This document shows positions 37,784-47,372 of a DNA stretch of 64,000 bases, piece after piece. The notes under the pieces were generated by a model. The model worked only from the letters and a program-made list of their open reading frames with translations. It searched no databases and was not told where the DNA came from. A program made the translations under genes and the position numbers. How positions within the stretch are numbered: the first letter of the stretch is position 1; each line of letters starts with the position of its first letter. Origin of the DNA: Sedimentitalea sp. (GTDB taxonomy: Bacteria; Pseudomonadota; Alphaproteobacteria; Rhodobacterales; Rhodobacteraceae); NCBI RefSeq assembly GCF_039941015.1, contig NZ_JBDVFI010000041.1. The stretch is one strand, 5' to 3'.

Positions 37784-37813
37784 GCCAGACCTGAACTCAA
37801 AAGAGGATTCGTC

Positions 37814-38929
37814 ATGAAGCTCGGCTGCCCCAAGGAAGTCAAACCCCAGGAATTCCGTGTCGGTATCACCCCGAATGCCGCGCAGGAGGCTGTCGCGCAC
37901 GGGCATGAGGTGTTGATCGAGACACAAGCCGGGATAGGCGCGGGCTTTGACGATGACGCCTATGTCGCCGCAGGTGCGACGATTCTGGCGACTGCACCAG
38001 AAGTGTTTGCCTCTGCCGACATGATCGTCAAGGTCAAGGAACCACAGCCCCTTGAACGCAAGATGCTGCGCGAAGGGCAGTTGCTTTTCACCTACCTGCA
38101 CCTTGCACCCGATCCAGAACAAACCCGCGATCTTCTCGACAGCGGCTGCACTGCCATCGCCTATGAAACCGTGACCGACCGCAACGGCGGCCTGCCATTG
38201 CTTGCCCCAATGTCCGAAGTTGCCGGGCGACTGGCCCCACAGGTTGGTGCATGGACGCTCCAAAAGGCCAACGGTGGGCGCGGGGTTCTGATGGGCGGCG
38301 TGCCCGGTGTCGGACCGGCCCGCATCATCGTGATCGGTGGCGGCGTCGTTGGGACACATGCGGCTCGGATCGCCGCCGGGATGGGCGCGGATGTCACCGT
38401 GCTTGACCGTTCGTTGCCGCGGCTGCGCTATCTCGATGATGTCTATGGCAACGTGTTCAACACCGGTTATTCGACCGGCGGACTGATGGCGGAACTGCTG
38501 CCTTTGGCGGACATGGTGATCGGGGCCGTTCTCATACCCGGCGCTGCCGCTCCAAAGCTGGTGACGCGCGCGCAGCTGAGCAGCATGAAACCCGGCGCAG
38601 TCCTTGTGGATGTGGCGATCGACCAGGGTGGATGTTTTGAAACCTCAAAAGCGACGACCCATAGCGACCCGATCTATGAGGTTGATGGCGTCATGCATTA
38701 TTGCGTCGCCAACATGCCCGGCGCTGTTGCCCGCACATCGACGATCGCGCTCAGCAATGCGACCATGCCGTTCATGCTCGCCCTTGCCGATAAGGGTTGG
38801 AAAAAGGCCTGTGCCGATGATCCGCATTTGTTGGCGGGTCTGAACGTGCACGCAGGCCAGTTGACATATGCCGCCGTGGGCGAAGCATTGGGACTGGATG
38901 TCGTCGCGCCCGAAACGGCAATTGCCTGA
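37814..38929 (+). CDS. ald: alanine dehydrogenase
   Basis: ATG at 37814 (MKLGCPKEVKPQEFRVGITP...) with SD AAGAGGA gives 371 aa. NAD-binding VIGGGVVGTHAA. The ORF-track start at 37706 is a spurious extension. Confidence 0.93.
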   Translation: MKLGCPKEVKPQEFRVGITPNAAQEAVAHGHEVLIETQAGIGAGFDDDAYVAAGATILATAPEVFASADMIVKVKEPQPLERKMLREGQLLFTYLHLAPDPEQTRDLLDSGCTAIAYETVTDRNGGLPLLAPMSEVAGRLAPQVGAWTLQKANGGRGVLMGGVPGVGPARIIVIGGGVVGTHAARIAAGMGADVTVLDRSLPRLRYLDDVYGNVFNTGYSTGGLMAELLPLADMVIGAVLIPGAAAPKLVTRAQLSSMKPGAVLVDVAIDQGGCFETSKATTHSDPIYEVDGVMHYCVANMPGAVARTSTIALSNATMPFMLALADKGWKKACADDPHLLAGLNVHAGQLTYAAVGEALGLDVVAPETAIA

Positions 38930-39146
38930 AACCGGCCACCGTCAAGCTGTCCACGCAAAGATTGAATCCGTTGGCTTTCGGGGCTGGTGGGTTCCATGAT
39001 CTGCCCTTATTCAGAAGGACGGATAAGGTCATCGCCGTGCGCACTGCGGTGTTGCGGCTGTAACCGTCGCTTTCGGGTTTGATCGTCTCCAAAACGGCTC
39101 AATCACGCTCTGCTCGTCTGGGTCGCCTCATCGCTGGGACCAATAG

Positions 39147-39199
39147 TACTCTGGCCAGACCCGAACGAAACGCCGTTTATCTGTCCATCGGCCAGAGTA
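39147..39199. repeat. 10-bp perfect inverted repeat in a long non-coding gap
   Basis: TACTCTGGCC (39147-39156) and GGCCAGAGTA (39190-39199), separated by 33 nt. Confidence 0.5.
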
Positions 39200-39248
39200 G
39201 ACCAGCAACAAAAAATCTTCGCAGCAGGCAGCCGTTGCACCAACCCTG

Positions 39249-39899
39249 TCACCCGGTCAGCATGCGTAGCCCTTGTGTCACATCTGAACGCACCGCCAAT
39301 CTGAGACCCGGTTCATCCCCTGCTTTGAGTGCAGCGATGATGAGTTTGTGGAAATGCGGCGGCTCGGTGCGGCGCAGACGACCATAGAGCGACCTCATGG
39401 TCGGCCCCAGCTGGAGCCAGACAGTTTCTGCCATCGCCAGCATGGCCGGTGCCTGGGCGCGCAAATACAGTGTGCGATGAAATTCGAGATTGGTGCGGAT
39501 ATAGCCAACCGCATCGCGTGCGGCGACGGCATCGGCAATGTTGGAATTGATGGTCTGCAACCTGTCGATCAGCGCAATATGGGCGCGGGGCAGCGCCCGG
39601 CTGGCAAGTTCGACCTCAAGCAAGGCGCGAAGCGCAGCGAGTTCCTCGATCCGCTCGCTTGTCAGCTCCGGGGTCGAAACACGGCCAGATGCTGTCAAGG
39701 ACAGCGCCCCTTCGGCGACAAGCCGACGCACGGATTCCCGAGCGGGCGTCATGGAAACATCAAATTCCTTGCCAATCCCGCGCAAGGTCAGCGCAAGTCC
39801 AGGCGCAATCTCACCATGCATGATCCGCGCGCGCAGAGTCCGGTACACCCGATCGTGTGCAGCAACCAAGGGTGATTCCGTAGGGCGTGTCGTGATCAT
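39249..39899 (-). CDS. GntR-family transcriptional regulator (FadR/FCD subfamily)
   Basis: 216 aa. N-terminal wHTH YRTLRARIMHGEIAPGLALTLRGIGKEFDVSMTPARESVRRL. Helical FCD-like C-terminus. Confidence 0.88.
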   Translation of the reverse strand: MITTRPTESPLVAAHDRVYRTLRARIMHGEIAPGLALTLRGIGKEFDVSMTPARESVRRLVAEGALSLTASGRVSTPELTSERIEELAALRALLEVELASRALPRAHIALIDRLQTINSNIADAVAARDAVGYIRTNLEFHRTLYLRAQAPAMLAMAETVWLQLGPTMRSLYGRLRRTEPPHFHKLIIAALKAGDEPGLRLAVRSDVTQGLRMLTG

Positions 39900-39945
39900 G
39901 ATCCTTTGTGATCACAAATCCCTGACAGGTCAACCTGCTCGCGCG

Positions 39946-40626
39946 TCAGAACCGGTACCGATGCAACGTTGCCCCCTCGCGGCGCAACCACCGTCGTTCT
40001 GCCTCGCAAGGCCCATAGAGCCTGTCGACAGTCGCCCAGAACGCTGGCGAGTGGTTCATTTCCGCAAGATGCGCGACCTCATGTGCCGCCACATAGCGCA
40101 GGATTTCCGGAGGTGTGAGAATGAGTCGCCAAGAGAACATGAGCCCACCATCCGAGGTACAGGAGCCCCAGCGGGAGCGCGTGTCGCGCAGCGTGATCCG
40201 CGTGTAGGGACGCCCCAGTCGGTCCGCATAGTGATCACTGGCCGCCACAAGCCGATCACGCGCCAGTTCCTTAAGCCATGTCTGCAAACGGCGCCCGGGG
40301 GCATCTTCGGGCACGCCAATTTCGCCCTCGTGCCGCATGACGCGCCGCCCGGTCGCTGGCACGATTCTGTGCTCTATCCCCTCAATCGGCAAGCTTGCCC
40401 CGATCTGAACCGACATTTCGTCGGGGCGCTTGTCCAGGTGGCCACGAATCCAATCGGCTTTGGAGGCTGCGAACTCAAGTGCTTCGACCTCTCTTACGCC
40501 CGTGGGGAGGGTCAGTGTCACTCTGCCATCGAGCTGCGAAATCCGCAGGCTAATTCGCCGCGCGCGCCCGGATCGCCTGAGTGTTAGGGCGACGGGTGGC
40601 GTGCCGGGCAGGACGTGATCAGCCAT
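39946..40626 (-). CDS. YgjP-like (DUF45/M48-type) metal-dependent hydrolase
   Basis: HExxH motif in YVAAHEVAHLAEMNHSPAFW. ATG at 40626 (MADHVLPG...) is preferred over the ORF-track start at 40674. Confidence 0.8.
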   Translation of the reverse strand: MADHVLPGTPPVALTLRRSGRARRISLRISQLDGRVTLTLPTGVREVEALEFAASKADWIRGHLDKRPDEMSVQIGASLPIEGIEHRIVPATGRRVMRHEGEIGVPEDAPGRRLQTWLKELARDRLVAASDHYADRLGRPYTRITLRDTRSRWGSCTSDGGLMFSWRLILTPPEILRYVAAHEVAHLAEMNHSPAFWATVDRLYGPCEAERRWLRREGATLHRYRF

Positions 40627-40729
40627 GTTACATACTCCAACCAGGACTAAAGCCTTTGACAGTGCCCACCTCATATGGCACGTGACCGGAATCGTCGATG
40701 CGACTCAGCAGATTATCAAGGGGATAAAC

Positions 40730-41059
40730 ATGCCCAACGAAGAATGGGGCACCAAACGCCTGTGCCCGACAACCGGAAAACGGTTCTACGACCTGAACAG
40801 AGACCCAATCGTCAGCCCATACACGGGTGACATCGTTGAAATCGTCGCCGGCAAGAGCCGGATGATTTCGGCCGACTCCGAAGACGCCGAAACGCTGAAG
40901 GCCAAGAAAAAGGCCGGAGGTGACGATGACGCCGTACTGGAAGATGACGACGACACCGTTGATGTAGATCTGGATGATGATCTACTGGAAGACGATGACG
41001 ACGATGATGATGTCTCTCTGGAAGAAATCGCGGACGTCCCGGTCGAAGAAGAAGACTGA
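40730..41059 (+). CDS. TIGR02300-type (FYDLN_acid) zinc-ribbon protein with poly-acidic tail
   Basis: 109 aa, MPNEEWGTKRLCPTTGKRFYDLNRDPIVSPYTG..., then a tail ...DDDDTVDVDLDDDLLEDDDDDDDVSLEE.... The start is at the internal ATG at 40730 of ORF 40625-41059. Confidence 0.8.
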   Translation: MPNEEWGTKRLCPTTGKRFYDLNRDPIVSPYTGDIVEIVAGKSRMISADSEDAETLKAKKKAGGDDDAVLEDDDDTVDVDLDDDLLEDDDDDDDVSLEEIADVPVEEED

Positions 41060-41137
41060 TCATAAAATCGCGACTGGCGGGATATTTTTGCACTTGATCC
41101 CGCCGGTTCTAGCGCCTAGACACCACGGCACGGTTTT

Positions 41138-41213
<76 letters not shown>

Positions 41214-41251
41214 AAACACACTCCAATCAGATACGTTTCTAGTTCAGATGT

Positions 41252-41656
41252 GTGGTGAGATTCTACCGATTTGAATGGGCGAGTGACGTCGACCCATCGG
41301 GCGCGCCACAGCAGCACCGACATGGACCGTTTTGCACAAATTCTCGAACGGCTCGCCTGCTGCCTGTTAATGACCGGCTGGGTTTCATAGACCTGCTGCG
41401 GCAAATTCATGGAGCGTTTGCCGCAGCATCAGAGAATGAGTTCATCTCTTCGACGCTAAAAGCGACCCAAGGTCTGTCGTGCCATTTCGGGCGCTATCTC
41501 ATGACCGACGAGGATCAGAGATTTTGCACGGCGCTTTATTGTGCGATGCTTGAGGGTCTGAACTGGGGCGACACGGGCGCGCCTGTACTAAAGTCCGATG
41601 AACAGATGACCTATTTGCAGGACTTCACCAAACGCCAGATTGAAGCACTTGTCTGA
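41252..41656 (+). CDS. hypothetical protein (weak call; real start may be internal)
   Basis: 134-aa ORF from a GTG immediately after tRNA-Ala. I recognise no motif. It is the only sizeable ORF in a 464-bp gap. Confidence 0.3.
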   Translation: MVRFYRFEWASDVDPSGAPQQHRHGPFCTNSRTARLLPVNDRLGFIDLLRQIHGAFAAASENEFISSTLKATQGLSCHFGRYLMTDEDQRFCTALYCAMLEGLNWGDTGAPVLKSDEQMTYLQDFTKRQIEALV

Positions 41657-41677
41657 TCGGGGCCCCATGTCCCCGCC

Positions 41678-42178
41678 TTATGGTCTCAGGGTAATCAGGG
41701 TGCCATCCGTTACCATCGCATAGATCTCTTCGATCTCGTCATTCTTGACGGCAATGCATCCGGCCGTCCAATCGCGGCCCTTGGCCTTTTTGGCATTCGG
41801 CTGGCCGTGAATGAAGATTTCACCACCGGGGCGTCGGCCCGCTGCGATCGCATTCGCGATATCCTGGGAGTTCGGATAGGAGATTCCGATCGACAAGTGG
41901 TATTGGCTGCGGGGATTCCGCCGGTCGATCAGATAGGTGCCTTCCGGCGTCTTTCCATCGCCCTCAAACTGTTTATGCCCGGTCGGTGTGAACCCCAGAT
42001 CAAAATCATAGGATTTCAGAATATCCTCGTTGTTCAGCAGGTACATACGCCGCTGACCCTTGTTCACGACAACCGATGTCACTTCTGGGCCGTTGTACCT
42101 GCGAAACTTCGACTGGGTCGAACACCCAGCCACCGCGAGGGACGCCACCGCCCCCAACCCGAATATACGCCGCTTCAT
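41678..42178 (-). CDS. L,D-transpeptidase (YkuD-domain) lipoprotein
   Basis: 166 aa. Lipobox LAVAGCST. Catalytic motif IFIHGQP...TAGCIAV. Confidence 0.88.
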   Translation of the reverse strand: MKRRIFGLGAVASLAVAGCSTQSKFRRYNGPEVTSVVVNKGQRRMYLLNNEDILKSYDFDLGFTPTGHKQFEGDGKTPEGTYLIDRRNPRSQYHLSIGISYPNSQDIANAIAAGRRPGGEIFIHGQPNAKKAKGRDWTAGCIAVKNDEIEEIYAMVTDGTLITLRP

Positions 42179-42268
42179 TTGCTGCTCTCTTTTTTTTCTG
42201 CCTCAATTCACCGAATAACGTTTGTTGCGACAAACGCAAAATCACATTTGCGGGGAATGACCAATTTC

Positions 42269-43495
42269 TTATGCTTCATTGCGCGAAAACGCAGCCACGA
42301 GTTCAATATGCGAAGACCAGCGAAATTGATCAACCACCTGAACCCATGTCAGATGATAGCCGGACGACACCAGCACCCGCGCATCCCGCGCAAAGGTCAC
42401 CGGGTTGCAGGACACATACGCGATCAGGTCCAGCCGGGAGTCGGCAAGCGCAGCAACCTGCGCTTCGGCACCAGCGCGCGGTGGGTCGAGAACCGCCGCA
42501 TCGAATTTCCGGAGTTCATCTGGGACAAGCGGCCTGCGAAACAGATCACGCACTGCGCCGGTGATTTTCTTTAGCCCCTGTGCCCGACGCCAACCCTGGT
42601 CGAGCGCCTTAATCATTTCGGCGTCACCCTCAACGGCGAGAACCTCGGCAGAGGCCGCCAGCGGCAGGCTGAAGGTACCACATCCGGCAAACAGATCGAC
42701 AATGCGGGCGGCGTCCCCGACGATTTCCTGTACGCTGGCAAGCAATGCAGCCTCGCCCTCTGGTGTTGCCTGCAGAAACGCGCCCGGCGGTGGCTCGACA
42801 TTTGCGGCGCCGAATCTCTGAACCGGTGGTTGCCGCTTGGCGATGACCTCGGCGTCCCAGGCAAGCCGCGCCAGATCGAACCGTTCTGCCACCTGTGCCA
42901 GCGCAATTTCCAAAGGTCCATCGGTCGGCTTTCCACCTGTCGCCGCAACGTCCAGTCCGTTTTCTGTCACGGTCAGGGTGACGGACAATTCGCCCTTGCG
43001 ACTGGCCCCCACAACCGCAAGCGCCTCGGCGACCGGCAATCCGGGTAGCAGTTTTGGGTCAACCAACTGACAGTCGGGTATCTGGATGATCACGTCAGAG
43101 CCGCGCGCGTGAAAGCCAGCCATCGCCCCCTTTTTGGTTCGCCGGGCAGACACCACCGCGCGCCTGCGCGTTTGGGCTGGCGACGTGACGATACCGCGTA
43201 TCGGCGCCGCGAGCCCCTGTGCCTCAATGGCCGTCGCAACAATCTCTTGCTTCCATGCAGATACGAACGCATCCGATGCATGTTGCAATTGGCACCCGCC
43301 ACAGGATTTTGCGTGACGGCACGGTGGTTGCACCCGGTCCGCAGACGGCGTTTCGATCCGAACCTCTGTCAGCTGGGACCCACTCAGGGTTCCGCTAACT
43401 GTTTCTCCGGGCAATGTGGCCGGTGCATAGACCGGCCCCGCTGCGACGCCATCGCCCTGATGCCCAAGACGCAGGATTTCATGTTGTGTGACCAT
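42269..43495 (-). CDS. class I SAM-dependent RNA (uracil-5) methyltransferase, RumA/TrmA-like
   Basis: 408 aa. TRAM-like N-terminus. Fe-S Cys cluster CRHAKSCGGCQLQH. SAM motif VDLFAGCGTFSL. Catalytic YVSCNP. Confidence 0.85.
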   Translation of the reverse strand: MVTQHEILRLGHQGDGVAAGPVYAPATLPGETVSGTLSGSQLTEVRIETPSADRVQPPCRHAKSCGGCQLQHASDAFVSAWKQEIVATAIEAQGLAAPIRGIVTSPAQTRRRAVVSARRTKKGAMAGFHARGSDVIIQIPDCQLVDPKLLPGLPVAEALAVVGASRKGELSVTLTVTENGLDVAATGGKPTDGPLEIALAQVAERFDLARLAWDAEVIAKRQPPVQRFGAANVEPPPGAFLQATPEGEAALLASVQEIVGDAARIVDLFAGCGTFSLPLAASAEVLAVEGDAEMIKALDQGWRRAQGLKKITGAVRDLFRRPLVPDELRKFDAAVLDPPRAGAEAQVAALADSRLDLIAYVSCNPVTFARDARVLVSSGYHLTWVQVVDQFRWSSHIELVAAFSRNEA

Positions 43496-43533
43496 GGGGC
43501 CTGATACAAGGCAGAGTGCCTCGGCAAAAGCCC

Positions 43534-45366
43534 TTATTCCGCAGCTTCGGTATGGATAAACCCGCCAGACTGCCGATTCCAGAACTGGGCATACAAACCG
43601 CCCTTGGCCAGCAGATCCGAGTGTGCGCCGGATTCCACGATTCGACCCGCATCCATGACGATGATGCGGTCCATTTCAGACAGCGTGGACAGCCGATGCG
43701 CAATCGCCAGTACCGTCTTGCCTTCCATGACTTTGTGCAAAGCGTCCTGAATCGATGCCTCGACCTCGGAATCAAGCGCGCTGGTGGCCTCGTCAAGCAC
43801 GAGGATCGGCGCGTCTTTCAGGATCGCACGAGCCAGAGCGATACGCTGTCGTTGGCCACCTGACAACTTTACCCCGCGCTCGCCCAGATGGGCGTCATAC
43901 CCTTCCCGGTCGCGCGAATCCTGCAGGTCATTGATGAACTCATCTGCTTCGGCATGTTCGGCGGCGGCTATGACCTCGGCCTCTGTCGCGTCTGGCCGCC
44001 CATACAAGATATTGTCACGCGCCGAACGGTTGAACATCGCGGTTTCCTGCGTGACCATACCGATCTGCCGCCGCAGACTGTCCTGCGTCACCCCGGAAAT
44101 GGCCTGACCATCAATCCGGATTTCGCCACCCTCGGAATCGTAGAGTCGCAGCAATAGCGATACGAGCGTCGATTTTCCGGCCCCGGATGCACCCACGATC
44201 CCCAGCTTTTCGCCCGGTTTCACCGTCAGGTCGATCCGCTGGACACCGCCCACGTCCCGCCCATAGGCAAATTCGACCCCGTCAAACACGATTTCACCGC
44301 GATTAACAGTCAGTTCGTTTGCACCGGTGCTGTCTTCGACGCGGTTGCGGGTGGCCAGCGTTTGCATGCCGTTTTCGACCTCGCCCACATGCGCATAGAT
44401 GCCCATCAAGGTGAAGCTGACCCAGCCTGTCATCTGCGCGATACGGATCGAAATGGCACCGGCCGCGACGATATCACCGGCCGATGCGCCACCTGTTCGC
44501 CACAGCAACAGCGTCGCCCCAATCAGCATAACCGGCAGAACCCCGGCGAGTGTCATCAGAAAGAACCGGAAGCTGGCCGAGAGCCAGCCAAACTCCAGCG
44601 CCCGATCCCGCAGCACGGCCATTGCCTCGCGCGCGGCGTCGTCTTCGTTTTCCGCATGCGCGAACAGCTTGACCGTCTTGATGTTGGTGATCGTGTCCAC
44701 GACCTGACCGGTCACCATTGCCCGCGCCCCGGCCCGCGCCGCAGAGCGTTCGCGAATGCGCGGCAAATACCAGCGGATCAGCAGGAAGTAGACCACCAGC
44801 CATGCCGCAAACGGCAGCATGACGCCGGGGTGAATGGATCCCAGCAATATCAACGACCCCAGCATCGATGCCAACGCAAAGACAATCGCGCTGATCACTT
44901 CGGACACGATGGAGGTCAGCGCATTTGCGGTCTGCATCTGTTTCTGTGCGATGCGCCCGGCGAAATCATCGTCAAAGAACGTCACCGACTGGCCTAACGT
45001 CCAACGGTTGAGCCGCGACAGAACCAACGGCGTGATATTGGGCATGACGATATAATTGTTCGCCACCGAAGACAGGCCGAACAGCGCCGGGCGGATCATC
45101 ATAAAAAACGCAATCGCCGCGGCGATCCGCACCATGTTCGCGCCGTCAAAAACCCCTTCTGGCCCGCTGGATACCGCCGTATCGATGACGATGCCCAGCA
45201 TCCACGCCGTCCCCGCCTCCATCGCGCCAGCCAGCCCGGAGAACGCCGCCGCGACAAACAGCATCGGCCAGGCACCCGTCAGGCACCAGCGGATGAACGC
45301 CCCCAGCGTTTGTGGCGGGGGCGTTTCGATTCGGCGAAAGGGTTCGATCAGATTGGCAAGTTTCAT
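43534..45366 (-). CDS. ABC exporter, fused permease/ATPase (second half-transporter of a pair)
   Basis: 610 aa, 6-TM domain plus NBD. Walker A GASGAGKST, signature LSGGQRQR, Walker B ILVLDEATS. Confidence 0.9.
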   Translation of the reverse strand: MKLANLIEPFRRIETPPPQTLGAFIRWCLTGAWPMLFVAAAFSGLAGAMEAGTAWMLGIVIDTAVSSGPEGVFDGANMVRIAAAIAFFMMIRPALFGLSSVANNYIVMPNITPLVLSRLNRWTLGQSVTFFDDDFAGRIAQKQMQTANALTSIVSEVISAIVFALASMLGSLILLGSIHPGVMLPFAAWLVVYFLLIRWYLPRIRERSAARAGARAMVTGQVVDTITNIKTVKLFAHAENEDDAAREAMAVLRDRALEFGWLSASFRFFLMTLAGVLPVMLIGATLLLWRTGGASAGDIVAAGAISIRIAQMTGWVSFTLMGIYAHVGEVENGMQTLATRNRVEDSTGANELTVNRGEIVFDGVEFAYGRDVGGVQRIDLTVKPGEKLGIVGASGAGKSTLVSLLLRLYDSEGGEIRIDGQAISGVTQDSLRRQIGMVTQETAMFNRSARDNILYGRPDATEAEVIAAAEHAEADEFINDLQDSRDREGYDAHLGERGVKLSGGQRQRIALARAILKDAPILVLDEATSALDSEVEASIQDALHKVMEGKTVLAIAHRLSTLSEMDRIIVMDAGRIVESGAHSDLLAKGGLYAQFWNRQSGGFIHTEAAE

Positions 45367-47201
45367 TCAGCGGCCTCGGTACTCAGGAAACCTCCGGACT
45401 GGTGCGCCCAGAACTCGGCATATTGGCCTTGTTGCTCCAACAGTTCAGCATGGCTGCCCTGTTCGACAATGCGGCCTTGATCAATGACAAGAATACGATC
45501 CATTTGTGCAATGGTAGAAAGCCTGTGCGCAATGGCAATCACCGTCTTGCCCTGCATCATGCCATAGAGCGTATCTTGAATCGCTGCCTCGACCTCGGAA
45601 TCCAGTGCGCTTGTCGCTTCGTCAAGCAGCAGGATCGGCGCATTCTTTAGGATCACCCGCGCCAGCGTCACCCGCTGCCGCTGACCTCCGGAGAGCTTTA
45701 CGCCCCGCTCACCGACCTGCGCGTCGTAACCGGTGCGCCCCTCCATGTCAGCGAGATCGAGAATGAAATCATGCGCTTCGGCCTGTTTTGCCGCCGCGAT
45801 CACTTCGGCCTCGCTCGCATCTGGTCGTCCGTAGAGGATGTTGTCCCTCACAGAGCGATGCAGCAAAGCACTGTCTTGTTGCACCATGCCGATATGGCTG
45901 CGCAGACTGTCCTGAGAGACGGTTGCGATGTCCTGCCCGTCGATCAGGATCTGCCCCGACTCGACATCGTAGAACCGCAAAAGCAGCTTGACCAACGTGG
46001 ATTTACCCGCGCCGGACCGCCCGATCAGTCCGATTTTTTCACCGGGCTGAATCGTCAAGCTGATGTTATCCAGCCCTCCGGTTTCGCGCCCATAGTGGTG
46101 CGACAGATCGCGAATTTCGATCTTGCCTTTGTCCAGCTTCAGCGGCTGTGCATCCTTTGCATCGACCAGATCAATCGGCTGCGCGATGGTCTGCATCCCT
46201 TCGGACACCACGCCAAGCTCGCGGAAAAAGCTGGTCAGCGCCCACATGATCCAGCCCGTCATTGCATTCAGCCGCAGGGTCAGCGCGGTGGCCGCCGCAA
46301 CAACGCCAACGCTCGACTGGCCAATCGCCCAAAGATAGATCGCCCAACCGACCACCCCGACGATCAGCAACCCGTTCAGCGCGACCAGTGTCATGTCCAT
46401 GATCGTGAATATCCGCATCTCGACCTGAAAGGTCCGACGTGTGTATTCGATCGCCTCTTTGGCATAGGACAATTCGTGGTCGTGATGCGCGAACATCTTG
46501 ACCGAATGGATGTTGGTATAACTGTCGACCACACGCCCCGTGACCGTCGACCGTGCATCGGATGCCGCCTGCGAGGCTGGTCCGACACGGGTAACGGTCC
46601 AACGGATCAGCGCACCATAAAGGACAAACCAGATCAGCAAGGGAATGATCAACCGGGCATCTGCCGCCATCAACAGGACCGCCGCGCCGATCATGTAGGC
46701 GAGCGAAAAGGATATCGCGTCAAAGACCTGAAACACCACCTCGCCGGCGGCAGGCGGGGTTTGCACAATGCGGTTGGCGATCCGTCCGGCAAAATCATTC
46801 TCGAACCAGCCAACCGACTGTCGCAAGACATGCTTGTGCGCCCGCCAGCGGATCAGCGTGCCAAAGTTCGGCAGGATCGCATTGTTCAACATCGCGACGT
46901 CAAACATATGCAGGATCGGGCGCAGAAACACGATGAACAGCGCCACCAGCGCCAGTTCAAAGCCGTGCTCGGAGATCACCTGCCTCGGCTCTCCGCCCAG
47001 CATATCGACGATCCGGCCCATGTAGTAGATGAGCCAGATTTCGACCGCGGCAACCACAATCGACAACAACCCAGTCCACCAGAACACCTTTTTAAAAGGC
47101 TGGGCATAGGCCATCATGAACGGCCAAAGCCGGGTGGGCGGGCGATCTACCTCGGGGTAGTCACAATAGGGGTCAACGAGATTTTCAAAGTAACGAAACA
47201 T
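45363..47201 (-). CDS. ABC exporter, fused permease/ATPase (first half-transporter of a pair)
   Basis: Walker A GRSGAGKST, LSGGQRQR, ILLLDEATS. ATG at 47201 (MFRYFENLVDP) is preferred. Its stop overlaps the downstream gene start by 4 nt. Confidence 0.9.
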   Translation of the reverse strand: MFRYFENLVDPYCDYPEVDRPPTRLWPFMMAYAQPFKKVFWWTGLLSIVVAAVEIWLIYYMGRIVDMLGGEPRQVISEHGFELALVALFIVFLRPILHMFDVAMLNNAILPNFGTLIRWRAHKHVLRQSVGWFENDFAGRIANRIVQTPPAAGEVVFQVFDAISFSLAYMIGAAVLLMAADARLIIPLLIWFVLYGALIRWTVTRVGPASQAASDARSTVTGRVVDSYTNIHSVKMFAHHDHELSYAKEAIEYTRRTFQVEMRIFTIMDMTLVALNGLLIVGVVGWAIYLWAIGQSSVGVVAAATALTLRLNAMTGWIMWALTSFFRELGVVSEGMQTIAQPIDLVDAKDAQPLKLDKGKIEIRDLSHHYGRETGGLDNISLTIQPGEKIGLIGRSGAGKSTLVKLLLRFYDVESGQILIDGQDIATVSQDSLRSHIGMVQQDSALLHRSVRDNILYGRPDASEAEVIAAAKQAEAHDFILDLADMEGRTGYDAQVGERGVKLSGGQRQRVTLARVILKNAPILLLDEATSALDSEVEAAIQDTLYGMMQGKTVIAIAHRLSTIAQMDRILVIDQGRIVEQGSHAELLEQQGQYAEFWAHQSGGFLSTEAAE

Positions 47202-47372
47202 GGCGGGCGCTCCTGACGAGCCGAATACGAAATGCAAGGGGTGACGTCTGTCAGCCACCCAAACGGGTGGCGTATCAGCGTAGGCTGAACCAAATCCCGT
47301 AATACATTTCGTACCCTCCGAATGTTTCAGGAGTTGAATTAGACGAAGATCGCCAATTTGTCACGCCAAAAG

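Noticed and set aside
38772-39387. ORFs 38772-39092 (-) and 39079-39387 (+) in the ald/gntR gap
   Set aside because: Both run into the neighbouring real genes in antisense or out-of-frame. They have no SD and no motifs.
40900-41059. GAT/GAC/GAA-rich repetitive DNA as a tandem repeat or VNTR
   Set aside because: It is the coding sequence of the poly-acidic tail of the FYDLN protein. The codons are irregular, not a true unit repeat.
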